This document shows, piece by piece, positions 12,095-26,500 of a stretch of 64,000 bases of DNA. How positions within the stretch are numbered: position 1 is the stretch's first letter; the number at the start of each line of letters is the position of its first letter. Both the position numbers and the translations under genes were made by a program. The DNA comes from Octopus bimaculoides (taxonomy: Eukaryota). The stretch lies in assembly GCF_001194135.2 (NCBI RefSeq), contig NC_068991.1, positions 52,640,832 to 52,704,831 of the forward strand, written 5' to 3'. The notes beneath the pieces are model-generated. The model made no database searches and was not told the DNA's origin. It was given only the letters and a program-made list of their open reading frames with translations.

Positions 12095-15000
12095 GTAAGT
12101 ACTGCAGAAATACAAGCTACCAATTATTTTGAAGTTTTTTTTTTTCTCTCCATGCCAGTTTTCTATATGGTATCTTATTTACACTATTTTTCTTATCATT
12201 ATACTTGTTTAGAAGATTTTATTTTAACTTTCAAACCACACGTAATATATTGTCATTGGTGTTAATTTGATGCATAAAAGTTTTGCTCTAAACTTATTTA
12301 TCCAAACAGCAATTACTATGAATTTAGGATGTGAACTGTTTGTTACCTGTGACTTGTCTTATTGTATACAATAATTGTAAGGTATATTCTTCGTTTCTGT
12401 AAATTACAGACGTGTTCTAAGTTTGTCTTCTATAGATGTAATTATGAATCAATTTATAATTTTATACATTATGTAGTCAACTAAACTGTTGAGCTTGCGA
12501 AACCCTGTCAACCTTCGCTCATCTGTATTGGTACAGCTGAATAATCTGAAAATGTAGGGCTAATACAGAAGTAATTTTGTCATTTGGTTTTTACAAGATT
12601 TACTTAAGTGAAAAAGTAATTAACATAATTAGTTCCCTTTTTTTCCCCAAAAAAGCTTTTGACGAAAGCAAACACTCGAACAAAACTGGAACACAATATG
12701 GCATATCGATTTCTGAAAGATCGAATCAGAGATTCGATCCGTTCCTCAATTTAGGTCCCTCAATTCTGAATTTTGTTTCTTTACAACTATCTTAATAATA
12801 CAGCTTTCGATGAAAAATTTTTAATAATATAGGTTTTCAAAGATATAGATTACAATTATATTGCTGAAATGCTTAGCCATTCAATCGCTCATTCATGATC
12901 ACTTACGTCACATAGCAACTTTTCTTATATTTTCAATCCATATTGTTCGTTAATGCCAGTTTGTTAACGACTTTAATCACTAAATACTTTTGATTTTATT
13001 TTGTAGTAAGTTAATTTAGAAATTTTATTTCATCATCACTACCAATTTCATATTGGTAATGAATAATTTGGCAATCTTATTTAATTGAATAATGTAAATA
13101 ATCGATTTGTCTTTTTTTTTTTTTTAAGCTTGTTCAATGATTATGAGCAAGTTCTTGAATGGGCTATTTTCTGAATATAAAAGAAAAACATTTTTAAAGA
13201 TTTTATCAGCATAATTGTCATTTACACCTTTGGAAATATATTTTTCTAAAAATTCAACAAGAAATGTGTTTTTAATAAAATTTCCTAAGACACTAAGTCC
13301 AGGTGGGAGTACACCTGTAAGGAAGTTGATGCAATTTCGCACCACTCTTTGGAAAAATGCATTTTTTAAAAAACATTTTTTCGGATTCCTACGTTTTAGN
13401 NNNNNNNNNNNNNNNNNNNNNNNNNNNNNNNNNNNNNNNNNNNNNNNNNNNNNNNNNNNNNNNNNNNNNNNNNNNNNNNNNNNNNNNNNNNNNNNNNNNN
13501 NNNNNNNNNNNNNNNNNNNNNNNNNNNNNNNNNNNNNNNNNNNNNNNNNNNNNNNNNNNNNNNNNNNNNNNNNNNNNNNNNNNNNNNNNNNNNNNNNNNN
13601 NNNNNNNNNNNNNNNNNNNNNNNNNNNNNNNNNNNNNNNNNNNNNNNNNNNNNNNNNNNNNNNNNNNNNNNNNNNNNNNNNNNNNNNNNNNNNNNNNNNN
13701 NNNNNNNNNNNNNNNNNNNNNNNNNNNNNNNNNNNNNNNNNNNNNNNNNNNNNNNNNNNNNNNNNNNNNNNNNNNNNNNNNNNNNNNNNNNNNNNNNNNN
13801 NNNNNNNNNNNNNNNNNNNNNNNNNNNNNNNNNNNNNNNNNNNNNNNNNNNNNNNNNNNNNNNNNNNNNNNNNNNNNNNNNNNNNNNNNNNNNNNNNNNN
13901 NNNNNNNNNNNNNNNNNNNNNNNNNNNNNNNNNNNTCTCTCTTTCTTTCTTTCTTTCAAACAAAACGTGGTTTCTTGCATTTCCTGAATCTCCGCCATCT
14001 AAAACAGGGCAAAAAAATTTCGAAAAAGTTCAAAATTTTAAACGGGAGTGGTGGTTGTTGTTGGGGGGGGGGGATTTCAATGTTTTCGATAAAGAAGAAT
14101 ACAATTTTGCCCAAAAATCACGTTTTCAAATTTTTATTGGTAAATATGAAGAATCTTTCTCAATGACAAATTAAAAAAAAAAAGCTCACAGGAGTAAACA
14201 CACACACACACAAGAACAAGCACGCACTTTGATATGTCAATAGAACAAGCGCACTGCTGATAGTTGACAAGACAACACGTGCTCACGGAAACTACCGAGT
14301 AGTAGTATGTTTATAGAATTCGAGTCAAAACGAAAATGAACGTGTAGATTACGGAAAACGTATAAAAAATAGGGCGAACTAACCGTCTCAGAGATATTCG
14401 CATTTTAGGATGGTTCCGAGTACAATTTGCTGTTTGCAAATATAACCGGAGGTGACGAATAAAAACGGTATGGTTGTTCGGTGTAATTGAAAGAGTTTCG
14501 AAAACAACATTCATGGTACCTTTATCTTCCGATTGTGACGAGGGTGAATCAAGGGATGCCGCAACTCTTATTCCCCTTATTCGTTAATGTTCAACCGGGT
14601 TCAGTGATTTTGGCTAAATTACGATATAAGTACCATAGTTGTCAAAAAAAAAAAATGCACGTGTATTTATGTTTCTGAAGAAGATCGTCGCTTCCGTAAA
14701 TTATTTTTACATATGTGGGGTGGAATGGGGGGAAAGGGGATCTTCTGAAGTCGGCGTAGAAGCGAAAGAAACAGAGAGAGCGCGATTGGATCAGGGAAGT
14801 TCTTTTGAAGTTGGCGTGCCGCGTGTGTGTGTTTGATGGGGTGTGCGAGACAGAAAGTGTGGTGTGTATGTGAAGTTCTTTTGTTAGTATGTGTGAAGAG
14901 ACAGAGAGAGTAATGTTGCTGGTGTGTATGTATGTGAGAGAGAGAGAGAGAGAGGGGTTCTCTATGTATGTATGGCTTCAGTGACACACACACATATGTA

Positions 15001-15185
15001 TATGTATTTGTATATACAGATGTATATGTGGCTATGTGGCGATCTTACGTATATGCATACATACAAAGATGTATATATATATGCATACATACGTAGATGT
15101 ATATATATATATATGTATACATACATAGATGTATATATATATATGTATACATACATAGATGTATATATATATGTATACATACATA

Positions 15186-15220
<35 letters not shown>

Positions 15221-17529
15221 CGTGGTGGTGGAACAATGTTGTTGACAGGGCTATTAGACAAAAGATACAGACTTGGAAAGACTGGAAGAACGGTGGTAGC
15301 AGGGAATTGTATCAGACTGCCAGAAGGGAAGCTAGGAGACAGGTTTATTTAGCCAGAGGGGAAGCAGATAAGAAAAAGTTTGCCAATGTTCTGCGCCGTG
15401 AGGACCAAAGACTTGAGGTATTTCGTGTTGCAAGACAGTGTGTGAGAGAGAATCGTGATGTCGAGGGAGAGAAATGTGTTCGCATGGATGATGGTACGCT
15501 TGCACTAAACGAGGCTGCAAAGAAAGAGGTTTAGAGACGCCACTCCGAAAGATTTCTCAATAAAGAGAATGAATGTCGACCCAACAGAGGGACCAGCTAT
15601 CCGAGTTGACAGTACCTTGGTANNNNNNNNNNNNNNNNNNNNNNNNNNNNNNNNNNNNNNNNNNNNNNNNNNNNNNNNNNNNNNNNNNNNNNNNNNNNNN
15701 NNNNNNNNNNNNNNNNNNNNNNNNNNNNNNNNNNNNNNNNNNNNNNNNNNNNNNNNNNNNNNNNNNNNNNNNNNNNNNNNNNNNNNNNNNNNNNNNNNNN
15801 NNNNNNNNNNNNNNNNNNNNNNNNNNNNNNNNNNNNNNNNNNNNNNNNNNNNNNNNNNNNNNNNNNNNNNNNNCCACTTATTATTTTTTATTTTCCTAAA
15901 ATTTTCGTTGCGTCTTGCAACCTTTTCAATAGTCAACACACTCACCGTTAAAATTTCCACTTATTATTTTTTATTTTCCTAAAATTTTCGTTGAGTCTTG
16001 CAACTTTTCAATAGTCTTGACTCTTGAAAACGTTGCAAAACTCAACGAAAATTTTAGGAAAATAAAAAATAATAAGTGGAAATTTTAACGGTGAGTGTGT
16101 TAAATTTTAAGGCACGATAAGAAAATGACTCTCCCCAGACACAACAGTATATATATATATATAATATATATCATATCGAAAAATCACCGTGATTTTTAGT
16201 GACTCTAGGCAGGCGTATGTGAGAATCACGGAATATCTATTTAGCCAGGCGATCTTTCTATCTAAAGTTCAATATTTCACGTTATCCTAAAGAACATCTT
16301 TAAAAATACAAGTTAAATTTTTTTAGGCCCCAACTATCGCATTATTTCATGTTTAGTAAGGCCATCGCAAATGTCAGAAGACAAGCATTTCAAAATAACA
16401 ACTGTGAAGTATAGTTGTCTCAGCATTTGTATGCGAAGAAGTTTATTCAACAACATTAAAATACAAAAATCCATTTCATATATACCTTCATACATGTTTC
16501 ACTTTAAAACAAAAGTAAATAAATAAAAATTTATACGAAAATAAATGAACAAAAGCAGTTGATATGGATAACAGTTCCGAGAATCAGAGCGACAGTTCTG
16601 AGAATCCAAACGAAAGATTACCCCAAGCGGATACCATTGCAAAAAATTTTTCGAGTGCATTCAACGTATCTCAGCTCCAAAGATTTGGCTGCTATTTCTA
16701 GCACTCCTTGCTACAACGTAACATCTATTTGCGATAACAGACCCGAAATACCTGTTATGTAATGGCAGGGCGTGCAAGAAATAGCAGCCAAATATTTCCT
16801 TTTCTGAGTGATTTCGATGTCACATTCGTTGAAAGCATGCAAAATAACCTGGAAAAGAAAAACAAACCCACGAAACAAAACTCCGTTGTTGGTCACTGGT
16901 AGCCTAATACAGGGGTTTTCAAACTTTTTGACTTGCGGACCCCTTTATATTTCAGTAAGTTATAAACGCTTATGAAATTTATACATAAATAGTTGCTTAA
17001 AATAACATATATTTTTACATTTGTTTATTTAACAGTATTTAACAAATAGGTTTATTGTCAATTAAAAGATTTCGATTAAAAACCATATATAAAATCAAAT
17101 TGCCCATAAAAAGTATTTGCTGTTCACGGACCCCCTGTCTTGTCTTTGCGGACCCCCTGTGGTCCGCAGACCACAGTTTGAAAACCACTGGCCTAGTATA
17201 TATCCAAAACTAATGGTACTTGAAAACTGATTGGGTAGAAAACACATCAAAAAAGCAAGCGTTTCAAATTAAAATCTGGCAATAAAAAATATGTATAAAA
17301 TAACATCACCAATATTTCCCACTAGGTTTACACATGCCCCAACTACAACATCTGAACATGCTGCCAAACACTATCTTTGAAAGACTGCAATACCTATAAC
17401 CCAGCCTGCAACAGAAAAACATACAAACAATAACAATAATCAAAAGCTTTTTACTTCCTGAGCAACCCATACCATCACACACACACACGCACGCGCGCGC
17501 GCGCACACGCACACGCACACACACACACA

Positions 17530-17560
<31 letters not shown>

Positions 17561-20500
17561 ACTNNNNNNNNNNCTCTCACTAAGCTACCACAAACACTTT
17601 TCTCCAGATATTACTTTCTCCTTCACATACCAGAATTAGGTCTCAGTAAGTTAACCTCAATTAGGTCTCAGTAAGTTAACCTCAATTAGGTCTCAGTAAG
17701 TTAACCTCAATTAGGTCTCAGTAAGTTAACTTCAAACTATGCTGGCACCACCCACAACAAATAATATACAATAAAAAAAAAGTCAAGGAAATAACTAGTA
17801 AGTGTGCAAAATAAATTTTTTAATTGATTCATATTACAGAATTGTTATGAGTATCACTTTAAACTGCATCTGGTAGCGAGAGCCTGCTTTAAGAGTTCTT
17901 AGCCACTATTGTTCCCAAGTCTACTCTGACCCAGAGTAGTAGTATCTGTCAGAGTCCCAACTATGATTTAACCCTTTTGCTACCATATTTCAGTGGAAAT
18001 TCATTACCTTTATTTCATTTAATTTTGAAAATAATTCAAAATTTAGTGAAATAACTGTCGTTATTAACCCAGTGTTTAGGGCATTAATTAGCATGAAATT
18101 TTGTTAGAGAGTTTTAATTTAGATCACTTGGATCTTTTCAATCTGACCAACAGATTTTTTAATTAATTTTTTTCTTAACTAAACACTTTGAAACTTTGGA
18201 TACTGGTAGAATGTGTCACATAGAACAGGGTTTACTCTTAAAGTTTTTGACGTATTGTATTTTAGAAGTTATTGCGTGTTAAATTTGTCATATTTGGGTA
18301 ATTTTAACCAACCAATGACGTGTATTCAGCTGAAGAAAATTACTGCTGCTGTTTGCGAACAACAACTTCCAGGTCCACTCCCCTAACAAAACCCTTCTTT
18401 AATAACCAGAGATATTTTTATAGCAACATGGGTTTGCTGTAATAGGGTTGATTTGAAGCTAACTAACAACAAAACTATTACTGAGACAGACCAACGACAG
18501 AGCCTGTATGTGGTTGCATGACCTGCTAGAAAAAGTAGCCAAACTTTTTTATATACAGAATAAAAAAAACTTCTATCCTGTGATATACACGTAGAGTCCA
18601 TTATGTCAGGGAAGAAAGATGGAATGGTCACAATATTGAGAGAGTTAAATAGCATGTAACTATCCAAGTCAGGGAAATCATGGGATGCAGCATAAATATC
18701 CCAAGATGCTGAATGGATGAACAGACAACAAGTTGTCAGTGGCCATGATCAAACTGATAGTAGTTAAATTACTACTATCATCTGCAGTCATGGTGTGTAT
18801 GCAGATTAATATTCAACTAGCTAGACCCGTGAAAACTTCACAGAAACAAACAATGTAAGCATCTGTAAATTGTGTACTGGTGCCATGAGAAATGTTTCTA
18901 TATTATGACAATTACAGAATATAGAAAGAAGTGTAAAACCAATAACAATATAATCCAACCAAAATATTTCAGTTACACAAATGTAAACTGAATTACTATT
19001 TAGCCTTAAAATACATTGTACATATTCAAAAAAACTTGTAGAAACGATCGTGCGAACCTAATATAATAACATGAGAGAACTTGCATGTGAAATGTGAGGA
19101 AATGCCAGCAAGGAAAGAAAGACACAACCATTAAAGATATATAAAAAGTAAGTTTCATTAGAGTAGGAAACTGTGTGTCTGTGTGTGTGTGAATGCGGCA
19201 TAATAAATAATAACAATATATATGACGCCTTTGTGTGAACAAGAGTGTGTATACATAAATATGTGTGTGTGAGTGAATGAGAAATACAGAGCATGGAATA
19301 AGAGTCTGTAACATGGACAATAAGCGTCCTGAACACAAAGATAAGAAAATACCGCCGTGTGAACAAGAGTGTGTATACATAAATATGTGTGTGTGAGTGA
19401 ATGAGAAATACAGAGCATGGAATAAGAGTCTGTAACATGGACAATAAGCATCCTGAACACAAAAATAAGAAAATACCAGTTCATAGTTGAGGTACACAGT
19501 AGATTGAATATCTGTACATAAGAGGTTGTGGCCGAATAGCAGAGCTGAAGTGTCACATGTCGTGAGAAGAAGTTGAGGCTTCGATGCTGCGACTGGTTAC
19601 TTGGTACAGAGAGTTCGCAGATCGAGTTCTGGCTGTTATTTTCGTGGTGGAAATAATCCACACAAACAGTGTCAAGAGAAGCTGCAGTTGCTGTTGGCGG
19701 TGTGTACGATGTCAACGAAGAAGCTGTAGTAGACAGTTGAACGGTGGTGTTGACGTTGTCGCTGGAAACTGGCTGGTTGGTGTTCTGTGTGGTCAACAAC
19801 CAGACCTCAGAAGAGCTGAAGCCGAAGATTTTCTTTTTATTCCTAATAAATAGGATACATAGAGGGGACAAACAAGGACAGACAAAAAACATATATATGG
19901 TCTTCAGCCTTTTACGAGTGTTCTATCAAATGGGTGTTATAATGGATGTTATAATGAATATAAAAATATATATAAAATATAAAAATTTTTAAAATTCTCT
20001 TTTTTAGTTTGGGTTGCCTTACTAACCTGCCGGTTGATTTCCCTTTTTCTCTTTTTGTGTCTTTTTCTTTTCCTTCTATGCCTGGTCCGGCCGTGTTGGC
20101 ATGGCTCCTTGCATACTCAACTTTCTTACGATATCCTTCCATCTTTTCGCAAACACTCTTTGTGGCAGGCTCCTCCTCCCCAGACAAATCTTGAAAACAA
20201 GATGGGCGGTGAAATGGTTCACCAGTCCTCATCTGGAGATGAACTGTCCTGTCACAATTCCTTCCAAATGCGTCTTCCATACCGTTTCTTTCAATATGGT
20301 TATTACACAGAGAAATGCTGCCTTCTTCTCTTTGGAAAGAGAGGAAGGCGGTACAATCTTAATCATGGACTCAGTCGAGAGCCATACTCCCTCTGCATCC
20401 GACATCAGTTGTTTGGCATAGGTTATCAAATCCCTCAGCTCCTCATAGTGTACGATTATTAAACAAAACAATGCAGTATGACTAACCATATGGCCACCTA

Positions 20501-23500
20501 TTTGGTTTATTAATTTGCATAATCTTGGTATAGTCTTAAACTTATTTTGCCAACAATTTCTAATCATTTGAATTAATTGTGCATTAAAATTATTCCAATT
20601 ATATACAGATATATAACTCCTATATCATTTAAAAGAAAAAAATTCTACATAAACTGTAAAAAGTGATATTATTTTATGGAAGGTCTTTGAGCTTCCATAG
20701 TCTTCTTTTCCAGATTGATTTATTTCTCTGAGTCTGTTTAGCTCTAATTCTGAAGTCACTAACTTGTAACTGATGTTGGGTTGTACACTCTTCACCTGGG
20801 AAAGACTTTGTATTTGTAACATCTGTCTATCTTGTTGCCTGATGAGGAAGTAGTCAGTCTGGCTTATGTTACCACCAGACTGATAAGTAATTAGGCTGCT
20901 GGTTGGTTTTCTGAAATTAGTGTTGCAGATCATAAGATCATTTGCATCACAGAACCCCAGCAGTCTTGTTCCCTCCCTATTCCTAGGTCCTAAGCCATAG
21001 CCACCATTCACTCCCTGGAATCCATGGGGATACTTCCCAACATATTGAAGCCACCAGCCACAGTAACAAAGTCTCTATCATTTGTAATTGTGATAGTCTA
21101 CAAAAAGACCACATGGAATTGGTCTTTCTGCTCATCAGCCAGCCCAGACTGAGGAGTAGAAGCAGAGATAAATGTAACTGTTAATTTGTCTATGATAAGT
21201 CTCATCTTAATTACCCTATCACATACTCTGACTGCCTTAATTACCTTATTCACCCACTTTTCTGCTAACAGTATGCCTACACCACCCGCTCCATCCCTCC
21301 TGCTTACCCAGAAGAATTTGAGTCTGTCTCTTACCCATGAGGTATCTAGCTGAGGCTCCCCTCCATCTTTTTTCTTGCACACCACACACATCAACTTGGC
21401 GCCGCTCCAACATTTCAATAATCTCCCCACTTCTTCCTTTCATTGTGCCAACATTGATGATAGCAACCGTGTGATTGTGTTTTTAGGAGTGATGGTGGTA
21501 AGGCAGTTGTGAAACTCTTGTCATCATATGTCTAAATAAAAGACGGGGTGGAGTTGACCTAATTATAGCTTGACTTCAGTACGGTTTACAATCGCAACAT
21601 ATTTTTATTGCGCTTTTCTAAATGTTTTAGTTAAAATTAAATTCCCAGGAAATGAAATATTTTTTTAAATTCCTCTTTTTTTTTTTTACAGCTACATTAT
21701 TCTCTTTATAAGACAGACTGTAAGTATTTGATTAAATTACCTTTCAAATTGAAAAATTATACTAGAATCATATTTATCTATATTAATAATCCATATAAAG
21801 ACGTGTACAATTTATCATTTTACATTTTTCAATTATTTTATATTGGCAATCCAATCATAACAACCACCATAGAAACTATTTGAGATATAATTATGTTGAT
21901 GCGATGAAAAATTGATCTAGAATATTGTAGTGATGTTATAGAGAATAAAGGTAGATATGTGGTGGCTCAAAGTGTTGATAGGCAGGGGAGCTTCTGCCAG
22001 ACTCTTCGCAGGCAATGAACACTGGTACAAATTCTTTTAGTTGGGTAACTACATGACTGTAGGTTGGGAAAGTATGTTGCATGCAAAGAAATTGAATAGA
22101 GTGGTTGAGGTAGTCAGAGTATGTAACAGAATAAATTTTAAATTAGGTGAGAAACAAAAGCAGTTGTTATATCTACTGAGACACCTCAGTCTGGATTGAG
22201 AGATGAGCAAAAGAACTATTTCTGTGACATCCGCTTATCATGGTTGGTGACTTTAATATACATGTTAGTACAAACATGGTAAAGTGGGCATAACAATGGT
22301 GATGACATTAGCAAATGTCATCATTATTGTGTGTGTGTGTGTTGTATATACACACTTGTTTATCTGCCTCTGTGTGTGTGTGTATGTATATATATAATTA
22401 TTCAATATTAATAGTTTTGTATTAGAAAACTAATAGAATTTATACAAGGCTGTAATAAGAAGTGCTCAAACTAGTCGAGACAAAGTACAAAATTAATTGC
22501 AGAATAAAACCATTAGGTCATCGATTCAAAAAGCCACAATCCACCAATGACCACATATAGGAAGTACAGCATAAACCACAAAACCAAAGTAGTAAAGGGG
22601 AGTAAAAATTTATACATAATAATAAAATCAATTAAAAATATAATAGAATAACGTAATTAAATAAACTGCGATTAAAAAGTGATTAAAAATATTATAGAGC
22701 GGTACATATATAGTGGAATAAAAATATATATAGAGAGAGAAAAAATAATATAGAAAAAACAATAAAATAAAATAAATAAATAGGGAAACGTAGTAAAATA
22801 GTTCATTCGTTGAGACTAAAGGCTAATAAAAGAAGTTTAAGTTTAAATTGTACGAAAGTTCATTACTTCCCTCAGGACAGCAAATTTAGCAGGCAAAATC
22901 CAATTTCGTAATTCATACACAGGAATACCGAAGTACACGGGACGACATAATAACACAACATCCAATGTGTAACAAGGTAAAATCCATATTTCACCATCAA
23001 CCTTATTTAAGTCCAAGAATATCAAGGCACACAAGTCGATACATTAAACCAACATCCAGCAGGTAACATCGGTAAAATCAAACCCTAATTTAACATCATT
23101 TACAAAGGATTACAAAAATAGGTCGGACTACAAACACAAAACACCTATGGCCATTTCGATGTATATATATATATGTGTAAATATATATATCATCATCATC
23201 GTTTAACGTCCGCTTTCCATGCTAGCANNNNNNNNNNNNNNNNNNNNNNNNNNNNNNNNNNNNNNNNNNNNNNNNNNNNNNNNNNNNNNNNNNNNNNNNN
23301 NNNNNNNNNNNNNNNNNNNNNNNNNNNTGGTTGGTAAGCAAGCTACTTACTACACAGCCACTCCTGCGCCTATATAAATATCTTGACCAAGAAAGACTGG
23401 TTTAGTGTACTTCTGTAAAAATATTGTTTTGTGTGTGATTTTTTTGCATGAGTTGGACAGGTTTGACAAGTATCATGTCATGCTTTTTCATCATGTGACA

Positions 23501-26500
23501 CCTACAGCAACAGAAAAAAATAATAAAACAACCAACTTCTCTGTTGTTAAGTACATAATGTTATTTTTAGCATGTCTCACTTTGCTCCAGTCCACTCAGA
23601 TGGCAAAAATGAGTAGTGCCTGTATTTCAAAGGGCTTGCCTTGTCTTATTCTGAGTCATGCTGAATCTCCCTGAGAATTGAATTAAGGGTATGCATATCT
23701 GGATTGTGCTCAGCCACTTGCACACTAATTTCACAAGCATGCTGTTCCGTTGATTAGATCAACTGGAATCCTCATCATCGTGACTGACAGAGTGCCAGTT
23801 AGAGCTAGCTGGATGTGCTTTTTGCTACCAACCATTCCACAGCATCAATACTTTTTATCATGCCACTGAAACTAGAGAAATTGTTTGATGTAGAACTCAA
23901 CTATTCTCTTTGATATGTGTTCCTTTCTTTCTCCTTTTGGCAAGTTTTTTTACAACTTGATTCCTCTCCTATCACAACCATTTTATATAACATTGATTGA
24001 ATGTATTTTATTATGCCACATGTACTTGAGGAATTGTCTTCTGTGAGATTGAAGAGCCCCACTTCCAAACCTCTTTGGCATAGTTTTTATCTTTAGACAC
24101 CCATTCTGTTGCCAGCCTCATTGTTGACCGGGTTAATTTTATCAGACCACCACTAGCACTAGAGTGTTTTGCTAGGGGCTAGACTAAGCATCTCTTATTT
24201 TGCATTAATCTTTCAGTTGAAGGGCCATTTATTGCTCTGACAAAGGGAAGATGTTTAGCTACCAATGGGCTGATAGTAGTAGTCTGAAACTACTGTGTAT
24301 AAAATGCTGCTTCCATAATGTAGGTAGACAGGATATGGTTTATAGATGCAATCTACAAATGAAATTTGTCTCACTGACATTACATAGTTTAGTTGTGAAG
24401 GGAGTATATATTGATAGAATTTAAAGAAATTAGTGGTAGGTGTAGAGGGGTGTATGGAAATATAAAATAAATGGTTCTGTTTCTATAATTTATAAACTAA
24501 AACTTTATGTTCATGACTCAAATTCATTTAAACAAAATTTACATATTTCATAATCTTGACTTTGAATATCTAAGAATTGTTAGAAATATTGATGAAGTAA
24601 ATTAGAAATAATGATAAGAATGGTTAATTATTTCAACTAAGTCCTTTCGCCCCTCATTCCATGCTTTTTCTTCTCATATAATATCCAAGAGTGTTGGCAT
24701 GTGGCCTAGGGGTGAGGGTGTTGCTCTTATGATTGCAAGACTGTTGGTTTGATTCCCTGACTGGGTTGCGCATTATAATCTTGAGAAAAACACTTCATCT
24801 TATGTTACTCTGCAATTACTTTGACATCTGATGCGTGACACAGTGTGAACAGGTACATGCATTGTTGATTTGATGGAGGGAGTGAGCTAATGTACAGCAC
24901 AAACATTTGATCATTATAACAGGGTACTGTAAAGTTCCTGGCTTTAAGGGATGCATGGAAGGATAGAGCTGTACCCTTTACAGGGGAGATAGGACAATTA
25001 TTTTGAAGATATGCAAAAAAAACCATGATGATATACAACATTTCTCTTTTTTGCAGATTTAATACATGATGACAGCTCTTACAGAGGATTTTGGTAAAAA
25101 TTGAAGCACAGGCGGTCAGGAAGTTCCTCTTTTTTGCAAAGTAAAAGAGCAGCAGCAATCCATGGCAAGATAAAATAAGTCTTGACAGATGGCTGCCCAT
25201 CTTACTCCACAGTGAAAATCTGGGTGTCAAAAGTTTGGGACTGGTCATTTCAATGTCACAGATATCCCTGATCAGGATGGCCATCTTCTGCGACCACAGA
25301 GGACAAAGCCAACACTGTGCATGTCATGATTCTTGGGGATTTCAGCTAAAATCACAGATGAGACTAGAAATTTCCAGGGAAAGTGTTGGCGACATCATCC
25401 ACAACATTCTAGACATGAGAAAGCTTTCTGCAAAATGGGTGCCAAAATGCCTGAATGCAAATCAGAAGTGCATCAGAGTGACAACATCAAAGGTGATTTT
25501 GGACTGGTTTGCAGTTGGAGAGGCTGATTTTATGGCTCAGTCAGTTGCCATAGATGAAACTTGGCTTCATCATTATGATCCCCAGACCAAGCAGCAATTA
25601 ATGGAGTGGCACCACAGTGGTTCACCACATCCCAGGAAAGATTCTGGCCTCAGTATTCTGGGACAAAGATGGAATACTCCTCACAAAATACCTGCCAAAG
25701 GGTTGTACTATCAATACTGAATACTTCATACCTCTGCTGGATGAACTGCATAAAGCTTTGAAGCAAAAATGCTGTGGAAAGCTGAGCTGTGGTGTCGTTT
25801 TTGCAGGACAATGCACCAGCACACACAGCACATGAAAATCTACAGGCAATATTTGACTTTGGCCTTGAATTAGTAGACCACCCATCTTGCTCTCCTGATC
25901 TGGCTCCCTCCAACTATTGTCTCTTTCTACAACTGAAGAAACATTTCAGTGGAATGAAATTTCACTCTGATTTGGAAGTGATCACTGCTATAGAACTCTG
26001 GTTGGAGGCCCAACCTTCCTAGTTCTTTTTACAGGGCATAGAAAAACTGAAGAACTGTTGCAATAAGTGTGAATCTGAGAAGGGAATCATAATTAACTGA
26101 TCCTTCAAACTGATCCAAAGCATGGAATCTTTCAGCACTCCTTGTATAAACAAATCATCTGTGCTGCTTTTTCAGCAACAAATTACAGGACCCTCATCTC
26201 TCATTCACATTCAAAAACCATTGATGATGTAAAAATTAGTTTTCTCTAATGTCAATGGATATCAAAGAAATACTTTCAATGTTTCAGGTTGTAATGCGAA
26301 TTTGGAAGTCTTCAAGCCTTTTTCTGATGGAAAGTTCCCAGAAAAGCCGAAGATTCTTCAACTAACAGACTTCCTGCAAAATGGGAAAAAAGGAATAAAA
26401 GCTGTGTGGAGTGCAAGTAAGAAAATTTCTCTTAAATTCTATATGCCATTATGATCTAATTGAATGGTGCATATCCATTAACAAATGGTTAATGCATAGA

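Noticed and set aside
13124-14174. Long ORFs in the track (also at 15505-15982, 44493-45408 and 57775-58298)
   Set aside because: Artefacts of translating N-gaps as X.
17634-17733. CRISPR-like array
   Set aside because: The units are directly adjacent with no unique spacers, the context is eukaryotic and there are no cas genes. It is a minisatellite.
22450-23160. Mitochondrial insertion (NUMT)
   Set aside because: The strand-biased AT-rich composition is suggestive, but I could not recognise any mitochondrial gene motif. Probably an unclassified repeat.
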